From positions 5,600,001 through 5,664,000 of the forward strand of contig OY760937.1 of assembly GCA_963664225.1 (NCBI GenBank): DNA of 64,000 nucleotides, written 5' to 3'. The DNA comes from Verrucomicrobiia bacterium (GTDB lineage Bacteria > Verrucomicrobiota > Verrucomicrobiia > Limisphaerales > UBA1319). Every line of letters starts with the position of its first letter. Within the stretch, counting starts at the first letter, position 1. Below, one piece after another: positions 18,321 to 28,160 of the stretch. Made by a program: the position numbers and the translations under genes. The notes beneath the pieces were generated by a model. The model was not told the DNA's origin and made no database searches. It was given only the letters and a program-made list of their open reading frames with translations.

Positions 18321-20903
18321 ATGAAAAAGCTCAACAAACAGATTTCCATGAATAAAACACGTCATTTCATTGGCTGGTGGTTTGGATTGGCCGCCAGCAT
18401 TATTCTCATCACGCCAACTTTGGGTGCAGCCACCATGGACGAAGCCATTGCCAAATTGCAACGGTTTCAAAACGGCCAGAGCCAGCAGGTGTTGGAGGAT
18501 GTCGATCAATATGTAAACGCCGCCACGGCGCAGACAAGTCCATCAGGCGATAGAGCTGAATTGGCTCGCCGCCTGGGGACGCTGCTGGAGACCGATGCTT
18601 CGTTCGAGGCCAAACAATTTGTCTGCCGTCAACTGGCGAAGATCGGAACGCCAAAGGAAGTGCCAGCGCTGGCAAAATTGTTAACGGACGAGAAATACTC
18701 GGACATGGCATGCTACGGATTGGGCTCGATTGCCGGATCGGAAGTGGATGCGGCATTAAAGGCGGCTCTGGGCCAGACTCAGGGAAAGGTCCGGATCGGG
18801 ATCGTCAGCACGATGGCTTATCGGCGGAACCAGGAGTCGATTTCGGTGCTGATGACATTAATCACGGATGCCGACAAAGAGCTGGCCAGGGCGGCTCTGA
18901 CCGCTGTGGGGCATATCGGAGGACCGCAGGTTGCGGAAGCTTTGGTTAGGGATTTGTCCGCCGCCAAGCCCGAGGACCGTTTTATGGTTGCCGATGCGCT
19001 TCTGGCCTGTGCGGATGGATTCGTGGCGCAGGGGCAAAAGGACAAGGCATCTGAGTTGTATGCCTCGATGCTGAAGCCGGAAATGCCTGTGCTGACGCAG
19101 GCTGCGGCATTGCGCGGTCTGGCGGCCATGGGGGCACCAGGGGCGATCAGTCAGGTTCTGACCGCGCTGCGTTCTGGAGAGCCTGTGATTCAAAAGGCTG
19201 GGATGAGCTACATTCAATTGATGAAGGGTTCTGAAATAACGCAGGCATTCGCGAAAGAAATTCCCAATTTGCCTGCGAACGCCCAGGTCGTGCTGTTGGA
19301 GGCGCTGGGGGCGCGTGGGGATGTCACGGCATTGCCGGAATTGAAAAAAGCGCTGAGCAGCTCGGATCTTCAGGTGCGCGTTGCAGCCCTGCGCGTTCTC
19401 GGACAACTGGGAAACGCTTCGAGCGTGGAAGCGCTGATTGCCGCGGCAGGCGCCTCGAATGCCGAGGAACGCGCGGCGGCACTTGGGAGCCTGCGTGTAT
19501 TGGGAGGCGATGGGGTGGAGGCCGCATTGATTTCCAGCCTGACCACGGCGCCAACGAGTGTGCGTCCATCGATTGTTCGGGTCCTGGTGGATCGTAATAT
19601 CGTTGGGGCGGTTCCCTCGTTGATGAAAATGGCGTCCGATGTGGATGCGCGCTCCGCCATCGAGGCCTTGAAAGGACTGAGCGCGATGGCTGACGAGAAG
19701 GCGATGCCCGCGTTGCTCCAACTTTTGGCGGAGGCGAAGGATGACGGAGTCAGGGAAGCCGCTGAACAAACGGTTACGACGCTTGCGCACAAAATATCGG
19801 ATCAATCCAAACAGGCGGAGTCCACACTGGTGGCGTTGGCTGCAGAGAAACAGGAGAAGATACGCTGCGCGTTAATTCGGGTTCTTGGGGGCATTGGCAA
19901 TACGCCCGCATTCGAAGCGGTGCGCGGGGTTCTTGATGATAGCAGCGAAATGGTTCGCGAAACGGCCGTGCGCGCCCTGGCACAATGGCCTGATACCGCC
20001 GCCGAAGAGGTTTTGTTGAAGGTTCAGCAAAACAATCCAAACCAAACCCTGCGCACGCTTGCATTGCGCGGATTGGTTCGGTTGCTGGGGACGGATGGCG
20101 GGCGTTCATCGGCCAGTCTGGTCGAGACCTACAAGCAGATCCTGACGCGCGTAAATGATGCGGAAGAAAAGAAATTGGTTCTGTCGGGCCTCGCTGGAAT
20201 CCCTGATGTGAATGCCTTGAAACTGGTGGAACCGTTTTTAAAGGATGATGCGGTCAAAGCAGAGGCGGCATTGGCCATGCTGCAAATAGCGGCTGGATTG
20301 TCCGGAACCGATTCAGGGACAACGAAGCAGGCCGTGCAGAAGGCTGTGGCCGCAACGGATAATCCCGCCGTGCGACAAAAGGCTCAGGAAGTTCTGAAAG
20401 CGGTCGAACAAATGGAGGATTTCGTAACAGTATGGCGGGTGGCCGGTCCGTATATGAAGGAGGCAACGGGGTATGCGCAGCTTTTCGACGAGGTGTTTCC
20501 TCCGGAACGCGAGGGGGCGCAAGGGGTGGAGTGGAAGGTGATCCCGGCGGCGACCAATCCGGAAAAGCCCTGGCTGCTGGATTTGCTCAAGACGTTGGGT
20601 GGTGAAAGCCGGGTGGCCTATGCGCGCACCTTCATTCATGTGGACGAGGAGCAAAAAGCGTGTTTCGAGATGGGCAGCGACGATGGATTGAAAGTTTGGC
20701 TGAATGGTCAATTAGTCCATGCCAACAACGCCGCGCGCGCCATCACTCCGGGTTCGGACCGGGCTAATGTGACTCTGGCCAAAGGTTGGAATACGGTGCT
20801 GCTGAAAATCACGCAAAACAACCAGGGCTGGGAATATTGCCTGCGCCTTCGCAAGGCCGATGGCACTCATTTGGACGGCGTCCAGATCAGCGCGACCCGA
20901 TAA
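18321..20903 (+). CDS. Exported HEAT-repeat protein with a C-terminal beta-sandwich domain
   Basis: Signal peptide, many HEAT-like repeats (VRVAALRVLG, VRETAVRALA), C-terminal GSDDGLKVWLNG...LAKGWNTVLLKI. Confidence 0.85.
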   Translation: MKKLNKQISMNKTRHFIGWWFGLAASIILITPTLGAATMDEAIAKLQRFQNGQSQQVLEDVDQYVNAATAQTSPSGDRAELARRLGTLLETDASFEAKQFVCRQLAKIGTPKEVPALAKLLTDEKYSDMACYGLGSIAGSEVDAALKAALGQTQGKVRIGIVSTMAYRRNQESISVLMTLITDADKELARAALTAVGHIGGPQVAEALVRDLSAAKPEDRFMVADALLACADGFVAQGQKDKASELYASMLKPEMPVLTQAAALRGLAAMGAPGAISQVLTALRSGEPVIQKAGMSYIQLMKGSEITQAFAKEIPNLPANAQVVLLEALGARGDVTALPELKKALSSSDLQVRVAALRVLGQLGNASSVEALIAAAGASNAEERAAALGSLRVLGGDGVEAALISSLTTAPTSVRPSIVRVLVDRNIVGAVPSLMKMASDVDARSAIEALKGLSAMADEKAMPALLQLLAEAKDDGVREAAEQTVTTLAHKISDQSKQAESTLVALAAEKQEKIRCALIRVLGGIGNTPAFEAVRGVLDDSSEMVRETAVRALAQWPDTAAEEVLLKVQQNNPNQTLRTLALRGLVRLLGTDGGRSSASLVETYKQILTRVNDAEEKKLVLSGLAGIPDVNALKLVEPFLKDDAVKAEAALAMLQIAAGLSGTDSGTTKQAVQKAVAATDNPAVRQKAQEVLKAVEQMEDFVTVWRVAGPYMKEATGYAQLFDEVFPPEREGAQGVEWKVIPAATNPEKPWLLDLLKTLGGESRVAYARTFIHVDEEQKACFEMGSDDGLKVWLNGQLVHANNAARAITPGSDRANVTLAKGWNTVLLKITQNNQGWEYCLRLRKADGTHLDGVQISATR

Positions 20904-20946
20904 GTCGCACCCGCTGTTTCAGAAGAGGCGGAGTGTTTTTTATAAT

Positions 20947-20978
20947 ATGTGGATTCACCGACAGCGGTGAATCCACAT
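20947..20978. terminator. Perfect 14-bp hairpin between convergent genes, probable bidirectional terminator
   Basis: ATGTGGATTCACCG-acag-CGGTGAATCCACAT. Confidence 0.65.
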
Positions 20979-20985
20979 CGAATTA

Positions 20986-23196
20986 TTATTCCACGTCAAT
21001 CCACTGACCTTCAGGCTTGTTGGCATATTCCAGAAGCAAAGTGCGCGTGGATGCATCCCACTGCTTCTGTTTGTCGGTGGCGTTGGTTCCGTCGATTTTG
21101 ACCGAGCGGGGTTCCGAGGGAAGCGACAGTCGCGTGGCTGAGGTGGTGGCTTGGGGGCCTGTGGCAAAACAGCGGACGCCATGACCTGAGGCTTTGAACG
21201 AGGTGATTTTGGCCGCTGAAGCCAGCACCATTGGGCGTCTTGTTGTCCGCCAGTCCAAATCGTAAAGGAAGACACGGTCGCCGGGATTGAGAGAGACGGA
21301 ATCGACTACATTCAGGGTGGGGGAGAAGAGGTTGATGAAATGGCCTTTGATGGTCTTCACACCTGCAACCGGGCTCTCATCCAGGCCGGCTCCGATGACG
21401 TAGGGGCCGCGCTTAAGAACCAGATAGTTTTTCTCCATCCAACTCGCTCCAGCCTCTTTGCAGGCCTCGCGGGCCAAGGCCAGAACCTGATCGGCTCCGG
21501 ATTTGTTTTGAGTCAGGGCTGCCGGGCTGCGCCGACTGTAGATCACGGCGCCACGGCCGACGGAATGCCGACCCTCCGGCAAATCCGCACTCAGATTGAG
21601 TTTTTCAAAAAGATGCGCCCTTGGCAGCGAATAGTGCATCGGTGTCGTGTTCCACCAATCTGTGACGGTTTGATATGGATCTGCGTCGTCGTCCACGAAA
21701 ACCAGGACGCCGCCGTTCTTCACCCACTCGGAGAGGCGGTCGTGAAGGGCCGCCGTGGGAGGTTTCATTCCTTCATACGTCAGGAACAGAACGCGAAAGG
21801 GCTTCAGGTAATCGGCCAGTCCGATGTTTTCGTATTGAACCGGCTGAACCGGCTGGCCGGATTTGAGCAGGGGCATGGCCAGGCCATAGAAGGAACCCAT
21901 GTGCGGATCGCTGGGATTAGGCTCGCCGCGCTGGAACATCATGGTGTCGGCGACTAAAATGCCCATACCTTCGGTCCCGCAGTCCCAGGAAACCTTGGGC
22001 TGGCGCATCTCGTTGAGGGCATTAAAGACCGTGAGCAATTCGGTGGCATACGCCTGCGAAATGGTTGCGCGTTCCGTTTTTTCACCGGGCTTGCGATCAG
22101 CCTTGTCCTTGACGGGATAGGAACCCATAAATGGGCGTTCAGGCCATGGGGCGACCTCGTAATGCGATACGTCAGGCCACAGCAAAGAGGCGACCAGGGT
22201 GCATTCCCAATTCCGCTGGTAATCGGCCCATGTGTGATCAGGATTATCCTCGACTGGGTCATTGAGGAAGTACATCCGGCGTCCCGTGGCACGGACCTGG
22301 TTTTGAAGGGCGCCGTATTCGAAAAATGCGGTTTCAAACGTGCGTTCCTTGAGCACACCGGAAAAGCGATTTGGTGTTCGCGCGGTGCCGGTCCAGACCT
22401 GACCGATGTAGCCGTCGCAGCCTTGAAGTTGGACGAGGCTTTGTTCCGGGCTGACGATTCCCCAATGGGCGTAATTGATCATGCTGTGTGTGGGCACGTA
22501 GCAACGAACCTGGAGTTGATGCTCCTTGTTTTGGACGTTGACGTAGTCAAACACCTGCTGAAGCGCGCGCCGGTAGAGGAAATACTTGAGTTTGGAGGCC
22601 CGATATTGGGCGTCGGGGGAGGTATGCGGAGCAATCCATGGTTCGTTGTAGTAACTCTGCCATTCCCGTTTGAAGCTGGGGCTGTAACCGGCCCGCACCC
22701 AGAATTCGGGTTCCTCGAGATGAACAGCTTCCGCCCCCGCGTCAATGGCCTTTTGCACTCCGAGGCAGAGGTATTTCCCGTAGGTTTCGGAGGGCGCCAC
22801 GTAGGGAATGCCCACCCCGTGGCCGATTATGTTTCCCGCCTTGTCCGTCTGGGATTCGTCCTCGTGGTTTTTGCCGTCCCATTTGCCGGTGAAATAGTCC
22901 TGATATTCGCCCCACGCCACGCCGGTCATGAAATGAATTTTATAGCCATGCTTTCGCCAACCCTCAATCCGGTTTGTGACATTTCCTTGAAAACCATAAA
23001 CCAGGGCGACGTCCGAGCGGATATCGACTTTTGGATTGTAGGGAGCGGAGGTTTGAAAGCTGGTGCGTTCCTTGTCCTGATCGGGATCCAGCGCGGGATT
23101 GGCAGGTTCCGCGGAATGGGCCAGCGGAAGCAACAGTTCACAAACGAGCGCAAGGCTGCCGATGCGGGTCGCCAGGTTCATGGTTTGAGACATCAT
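20986..23196 (-). CDS. Secreted hypothetical protein, possibly glycoside hydrolase-like (TIM barrel plus GATase-like domain)
   Basis: Signal peptide (AHS-A), aromatic and acidic-rich N-terminal domain (HLEEPEFW), LSEWVKNGGVLVFV resembling the beta-galactosidase trimerisation domain. Confidence 0.6.
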   Translation of the reverse strand: MMSQTMNLATRIGSLALVCELLLPLAHSAEPANPALDPDQDKERTSFQTSAPYNPKVDIRSDVALVYGFQGNVTNRIEGWRKHGYKIHFMTGVAWGEYQDYFTGKWDGKNHEDESQTDKAGNIIGHGVGIPYVAPSETYGKYLCLGVQKAIDAGAEAVHLEEPEFWVRAGYSPSFKREWQSYYNEPWIAPHTSPDAQYRASKLKYFLYRRALQQVFDYVNVQNKEHQLQVRCYVPTHSMINYAHWGIVSPEQSLVQLQGCDGYIGQVWTGTARTPNRFSGVLKERTFETAFFEYGALQNQVRATGRRMYFLNDPVEDNPDHTWADYQRNWECTLVASLLWPDVSHYEVAPWPERPFMGSYPVKDKADRKPGEKTERATISQAYATELLTVFNALNEMRQPKVSWDCGTEGMGILVADTMMFQRGEPNPSDPHMGSFYGLAMPLLKSGQPVQPVQYENIGLADYLKPFRVLFLTYEGMKPPTAALHDRLSEWVKNGGVLVFVDDDADPYQTVTDWWNTTPMHYSLPRAHLFEKLNLSADLPEGRHSVGRGAVIYSRRSPAALTQNKSGADQVLALAREACKEAGASWMEKNYLVLKRGPYVIGAGLDESPVAGVKTIKGHFINLFSPTLNVVDSVSLNPGDRVFLYDLDWRTTRRPMVLASAAKITSFKASGHGVRCFATGPQATTSATRLSLPSEPRSVKIDGTNATDKQKQWDASTRTLLLEYANKPEGQWIDVE

Positions 23197-23256
23197 GGAT
23201 TTTGGGTTTGGGATTTGGTTAGGTGGATTTTAACAATGCGTTGCCGAATTTGTTCA

Positions 23257-24297
23257 TTACTTCGGCAGGGCCGGCTTTTCTTCCATAGCGATCAATTGAT
23301 TTGCGATGGATTCGCCTAATCGCTCAGGCTGGGCGGTGGAACCTTTATCCCCGGCATGAAATGCAGGCCCCTTACGAAACGAGACGGCCTGCAGGTTGAG
23401 GCGCCCATGGACAATGGTGGCCCAGGCCGCCACCGGGCTCTGACAGCCGCCGCCCATCGCTTTCAAGAAAGCGCGTTCCGCAGCAACGCAGCAAGCCGTT
23501 TCCGGGTGGTTCAAGGACTGACAAATTTCCGCGATGAGGGGGTCGTCTGAGCGGGTTTCAATGCCTATGGCTCCCTGGCCCACGCAGGGAATCATGGTCG
23601 CGGGATCCATGGGGGAGGCCATCAAACCGTGTGGCAGGGGATCGTCGTGCCCGGCGCGGTTTTGAGTGGATCCATGCAAGGAGCCATCGGCCAGAACCTG
23701 AAAATTAAGACGGCCCAGTCCCGCAGCGGCCAGAATGGTGGCGGCGATTTCGGGATTTTCATGGAGTTTCCGAAGGCGGGTGCCGACATTTCCCCGGACG
23801 GGTTGGATTTTGAGGTCGGGGCGCAAGGCGAGCAATTGGGCCTGGCGTCGTGTGCTGCTTGTGGCCACGGTGGCGCCCTGGGGCAGGTCCTGAAATTTCA
23901 GTCCCGTGGCAAATCCATTTTTCAAGGACGAACCGCGGTAGATCAGCATATCCCTGGCGTCGGCTCGCTCACAAACAGCGCCCAGATGGAGCCCTTCCGG
24001 CAAATCCGTGGGGAGGTCTTTCAGACTGTGAACGGCCATGTGGGCCTGTTTTTCGAGAAGGGCCTGTTCGAGTTCCTTGGTGAACAAACCTTTGGTGGAG
24101 GACATACCCGGATTTGCCAGGGCGGCGGTCTGGAGTTTGTCCCCCGTCGTTTTAATGATTTTGACTTCGAAATTGAGGTGTGGAAAGGCTTCGCGACACC
24201 TTGCCATGACCCAATGGGTTTGAACCAGGGCCAAAGCGCTGCCGCGTGTCGCCAGGACGATCTTGTTGGATTGGGTGGGTTCAGTGGTGATCATCAC
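23257..24297 (-). CDS. hemC: Hydroxymethylbilane synthase
   Basis: ATRGSALAL, KGLFTKELE, AVHSLKDLP, TSSTRR, RGNVGTRL, GGCQSP. Confidence 0.96.
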   Translation of the reverse strand: MMITTEPTQSNKIVLATRGSALALVQTHWVMARCREAFPHLNFEVKIIKTTGDKLQTAALANPGMSSTKGLFTKELEQALLEKQAHMAVHSLKDLPTDLPEGLHLGAVCERADARDMLIYRGSSLKNGFATGLKFQDLPQGATVATSSTRRQAQLLALRPDLKIQPVRGNVGTRLRKLHENPEIAATILAAAGLGRLNFQVLADGSLHGSTQNRAGHDDPLPHGLMASPMDPATMIPCVGQGAIGIETRSDDPLIAEICQSLNHPETACCVAAERAFLKAMGGGCQSPVAAWATIVHGRLNLQAVSFRKGPAFHAGDKGSTAQPERLGESIANQLIAMEEKPALPK

Positions 24298-24341
24298 ATT
24301 CTAACTTTGGACGGACGCTCCCTTTATAAAATAATAACTCC

Positions 24342-25400
24342 TCAGGAATGCTGCATCGATAGATCCCCTCCAGCGCTGTGCTGATGGGAGGAACCGCCGT
24401 TGAGCAACGCCTTGACTTTCTCGCATATAATGTCTTCACACAAGGCGATTTGCTTTTGGCGCTCTTTGAGGTAGTCATTGGCGATCAATTGCAGATCGTC
24501 GATATTGTAAAGGTAAACATTATCCAGGTAATTTACATCAGGGTCGATATCGCGGGGGACGGCAATGTCAACCAGCAGGAGCGGATGATTGTGCCTGAGT
24601 CGCATCAAGGGCTCAAGCTTGGGCCGGTCGAGTATGTAACGTCCGGCAGAGGTGCTGCTGACGATGATATCGACGCGTCCGAATTCCGATTCCCATTGGT
24701 CGAATGGAACGGCATGGCCGCCCAGAAGGGTGGCCAGCGACTGGGCATTTTCCAGAGTGCGATTGGTGACCAGGAGATTTGCAGCGCCGCGACTGAGCAT
24801 GGCGCGCGCGGTTTTTTCGCTGGTATCCCCGGCGCCAATCACCATTACGGTGCGGTGTTCCAGCGAGTTAAACACTTTCTCGGCCAACTCGACAGCCACG
24901 CTGGCGACCGACACGCTGCCTTTTTGAATGCCGGTATCCGTGCGGATTTGTTTGGCGACGTTGAAGGCTTTTTGAAAGGCCTTGTTCAAGCGACTGCCGG
25001 TGTATTTATGGCGCAGGGCAAGATCATAGGCCTGTTTGAGCTGGCCCAGCACTTCGGTTTCCCCCAGAACCATGGAGTCCAAGCCGCTGGCCACCCGAAA
25101 GAGATGTTCCAGGCTTTGCGGTTCGCCCAGGGTGTAAACGACATCGTCCATGGGCTCGATTTTCGCGTGCTCCTGGAAAAAGAAATGGCACAAGCGCTGG
25201 AAGGACTCGGCATTATTGGAGTCGGTGGCGGCGTAAATTTCTACACGGTTGCAGGTGGAGAGGATGACAGCCTCACTGGCCAGGCCGGACTGGCGCAAAT
25301 GCTCGAGAGCCTGGGGAATGCGGGATTCCGGGAATGCGAATTTTTCCCGCAGGGTGACCGGCGCGGTGCGATGATTGATGCCTACAACAATGACAGACAT
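24342..25400 (-). CDS. hemA: Glutamyl-tRNA reductase (short form, apparently lacking the C-terminal dimerisation domain)
   Basis: LSTCNRVE, SGLDSMVLGETEVLGQ, IGAG, DIAVPRD. Confidence 0.95.
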   Translation of the reverse strand: MSVIVVGINHRTAPVTLREKFAFPESRIPQALEHLRQSGLASEAVILSTCNRVEIYAATDSNNAESFQRLCHFFFQEHAKIEPMDDVVYTLGEPQSLEHLFRVASGLDSMVLGETEVLGQLKQAYDLALRHKYTGSRLNKAFQKAFNVAKQIRTDTGIQKGSVSVASVAVELAEKVFNSLEHRTVMVIGAGDTSEKTARAMLSRGAANLLVTNRTLENAQSLATLLGGHAVPFDQWESEFGRVDIIVSSTSAGRYILDRPKLEPLMRLRHNHPLLLVDIAVPRDIDPDVNYLDNVYLYNIDDLQLIANDYLKERQKQIALCEDIICEKVKALLNGGSSHQHSAGGDLSMQHS

Positions 25401-25404
25401 AAGC

Positions 25405-26229
25405 TCATGGATGATGCACGGGGGAAAGCAGGAAAAACCCCCAGAATGTCAGCATAAGAAACAGAAAAGCTCCGACCGCACTGTGCGCAAAGCGGCGTCC
25501 CCTGATGCCAAATTCCAGATGCAGGAGCAGCAGGACCAGATAAAACAACCAGATGAGAACCGTCCAGAGTATGATGGGGTCGTGCTTTACGTAGGCGCCC
25601 TGGGAGCTTTTGAGCCATAACGATCCCGAGGCCATGCCCAGCGTAAGCAGGATAAACGCCGTGATCATGGCGATGCCGGTCACCCGTTCCAACCTTTCAA
25701 TGGAGGGCAGAAGAGACGCCACGGCGCGTAATTTGTTAAACTTCAAATTATACGCCTGCGTTAGAAACATCAGGCTGGAAGCGGCCGAAAGGCCAAACCC
25801 GCCGCACGCGAGCAGGGTCAATGCGGCATGGAGGCTGCGCATTTCATGGGCGGGTTGTGCCGCAATGGGATTGGTATCCAGGGCGGGCATCATTGCAAAA
25901 ATGCCGATACCGAACAGGAGGGGTGAAAGGAACGCACCCAAAAACCGGAGACGCGGCCACAAACCCACCACCATGTAAACCGCGCACATGGTCCAGACAA
26001 TGAAGGCGGTGGCCTCGTAAAGGTTGTTGATGGGACAGCGTGAAAAAGAGGCCCCCCTTTGAACCATGGACCAGGTATGAAGCCCGAAACCGGAGAGCAA
26101 CACAGCGTAAATAATGTGATCGGCCCGGCGAAATCCGCCGCGCCACAGAAATATGGAATAGAGCGCCCCTAATCCATACATGAATACGGCGGCCAAAAAC
26201 CACTGCCTGTCATTTAGCAAGAACACCAT
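25405..26229 (-). CDS. Cytochrome c assembly protein (CcsA/CcmC/HemX family)
   Basis: About 8 TM helices, RCPINNLYE, conserved His (SLH), GSLWL...DP..LW; upstream of hemA. Confidence 0.85.
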   Translation of the reverse strand: MVFLLNDRQWFLAAVFMYGLGALYSIFLWRGGFRRADHIIYAVLLSGFGLHTWSMVQRGASFSRCPINNLYEATAFIVWTMCAVYMVVGLWPRLRFLGAFLSPLLFGIGIFAMMPALDTNPIAAQPAHEMRSLHAALTLLACGGFGLSAASSLMFLTQAYNLKFNKLRAVASLLPSIERLERVTGIAMITAFILLTLGMASGSLWLKSSQGAYVKHDPIILWTVLIWLFYLVLLLLHLEFGIRGRRFAHSAVGAFLFLMLTFWGFFLLSPVHHP

Positions 26230-26366
26230 TAACACGTTACCCGGAAGACGTTTCCCTGCAAGGCTGAATTCAATCATTAGCCACAGTTATGAACTTGCGA
26301 AGAAACGCATCTAATCTGACGCCATCGCCCTTCGAAACGAACTCCGGGACGCCATTCGCCCCGTCA

Positions 26367-28160
26367 TCAAGCGGAATGCACTTCCAATGATTCCGGTTCG
26401 ACCCATTTACCGTGATCGCGAATCAAATCAACCAATAGATCGACAGCCTCGGTTTCCGGAATGTTGAATTTGACCGGTTTTTTGCCGACGTAGAGGTTGA
26501 TTTTTCCCGGGGCTCCGCCGACGTAGCCAAAGTCCGCATCGGCCATTTCGCCGGGACCATTGACAATGCAACCCATGATCGCAATTTTCACGCCTTTGAG
26601 ATGCTCGGTGCGTTTCTTGATGCGCGCCGTAACCGTTTGCAGATGGAACAATGTTCGTCCACACGATGGGCAGGCGACATAGTCGGTTTTAAAGGAGCGA
26701 CAGCCCGCGGACTGGAGAATGTTAAAAGCCAGTTTAAGAGTTCCTGGCGCGGACGATTCATTACGGACGAGAATGGCGTCCCCGATGCCGTCAGCCAGCA
26801 AAGAGCCGATGACCGCTCCTGATCGCAATTGAGCGATATTGGAAGGCAGCGGATCCGCTGATGACGGAACGGTGAGGCAATCCTTAAGCAGAATAGGATT
26901 CTGCATTCCCTGTTGGTCCAGACGATGCGCCAGCAAGCGGAAGGCCGCAATGGTCGGAAGCGGGGCATTGTCTTTTACCGTAACCAACTGGGTGGAACAT
27001 GGAACCGTGAAATCAAGGGTGGGATCAATCTCGCAGAGATTCAAATCCTCGTAAACCGCTTCAGGCCGGACATCATCCCTTGGATGGATTTTGGGCGAGA
27101 CAAGGTCGAACACCGGGCAGGTGACGACGACACGCATGGTTTGCTCACCACCGCAATGGACGCCTGGCGCCAATTCGATTTCCGGAGTCTGGCGACGTTG
27201 AAAAACAAAGGGATCGAAAGGCGGTTTGATCTGGTTTTTGAATGAAGGCGATGCACTGGCCAAAACCGGAACTTGGGCGAGAAGATCCCGACAAACGGGA
27301 ATTTCGTAGGGGGAATCCTCAGTAAGCGAGACGCGAATCGTGTCGCCCAGACCATCCGCGAGCAGGGAGCCTATGCCAATGGCGCTCTTGATGCGGCCAT
27401 CCTCGCCTTCACCCGCCTCGGTCACTCCCAGATGCAGAGGATAATTCCAGTCCGGCCCCAATTCGGTCAGCCGCGCGGCGAGCAGGCGATAACTTTCGAT
27501 CATCACCTTGGGGCTGCTGGCTTTCATTGAGAAGACCAGCGCGTGGAAATTGTGACGGCGGGCGATACGGGCGAATTCGAGCGCGCTTTCCACCATGCCA
27601 GCGGGGGTGTCGCCGTAGCGGTTCATGATGCGGTCACTCAAAGAACCGTGATTGGTGCCGATTCGCAATACGCGACCGAGTTCCTTGCAAAGCTTCACCA
27701 AAGGTGAAAAGACCTCCTCGATTCTTGCCAATTCCTCGGCGTATTGAGTGTCGTTGTATTCCTTGACGGCGAATTTCTTGGAGTCGGCGAAATTTCCAGG
27801 ATTGATGCGGACTTTTTCCACCCATCGGGCGGCTTCCAAAGCGGCTTCCGGTTTGAAGTGAATATCGGCGACAATGGGCACCAGGCAGTTCTGGCTGCGG
27901 AGCTCAGCGACGATGTTCTGCAGGTTGGCGGCGTCCTTGATCGTGGGAGCGGTGATGCGCACAATCTGGCAGCCGACCTTTACGAGGGCCAGCGTCTCGC
28001 GCACGCACTCGGCCGTGTCCATGGTGTCGCAAGTGATCATGGACTGGACGACGATCGGATGATGGCCGCCCATGATGACACCGCCGTGAGCGGGGTCGCC
28101 GACGACCACTTCCCGGGTCTGGCGTCGATGGTAGGAATATGGAGAGTCGCAATAGGTCAT
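26367..28160 (-). CDS. ispG: HMBPP synthase, long three-domain form
   Basis: VADIHF, RINPGN, RIGTNHGSLS, HLGVTEAG, DTIRVSLT, ACPSCGR, MGCIVNGPGE. Confidence 0.96.
   Translation of the reverse strand: MTYCDSPYSYHRRQTREVVVGDPAHGGVIMGGHHPIVVQSMITCDTMDTAECVRETLALVKVGCQIVRITAPTIKDAANLQNIVAELRSQNCLVPIVADIHFKPEAALEAARWVEKVRINPGNFADSKKFAVKEYNDTQYAEELARIEEVFSPLVKLCKELGRVLRIGTNHGSLSDRIMNRYGDTPAGMVESALEFARIARRHNFHALVFSMKASSPKVMIESYRLLAARLTELGPDWNYPLHLGVTEAGEGEDGRIKSAIGIGSLLADGLGDTIRVSLTEDSPYEIPVCRDLLAQVPVLASASPSFKNQIKPPFDPFVFQRRQTPEIELAPGVHCGGEQTMRVVVTCPVFDLVSPKIHPRDDVRPEAVYEDLNLCEIDPTLDFTVPCSTQLVTVKDNAPLPTIAAFRLLAHRLDQQGMQNPILLKDCLTVPSSADPLPSNIAQLRSGAVIGSLLADGIGDAILVRNESSAPGTLKLAFNILQSAGCRSFKTDYVACPSCGRTLFHLQTVTARIKKRTEHLKGVKIAIMGCIVNGPGEMADADFGYVGGAPGKINLYVGKKPVKFNIPETEAVDLLVDLIRDHGKWVEPESLEVHSA

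Noticed and set aside
24342..28160. Short HemA and long IspG as anomalies or pseudogenes
   Set aside because: Both ORFs are intact with catalytic motifs, and such length variants are known.
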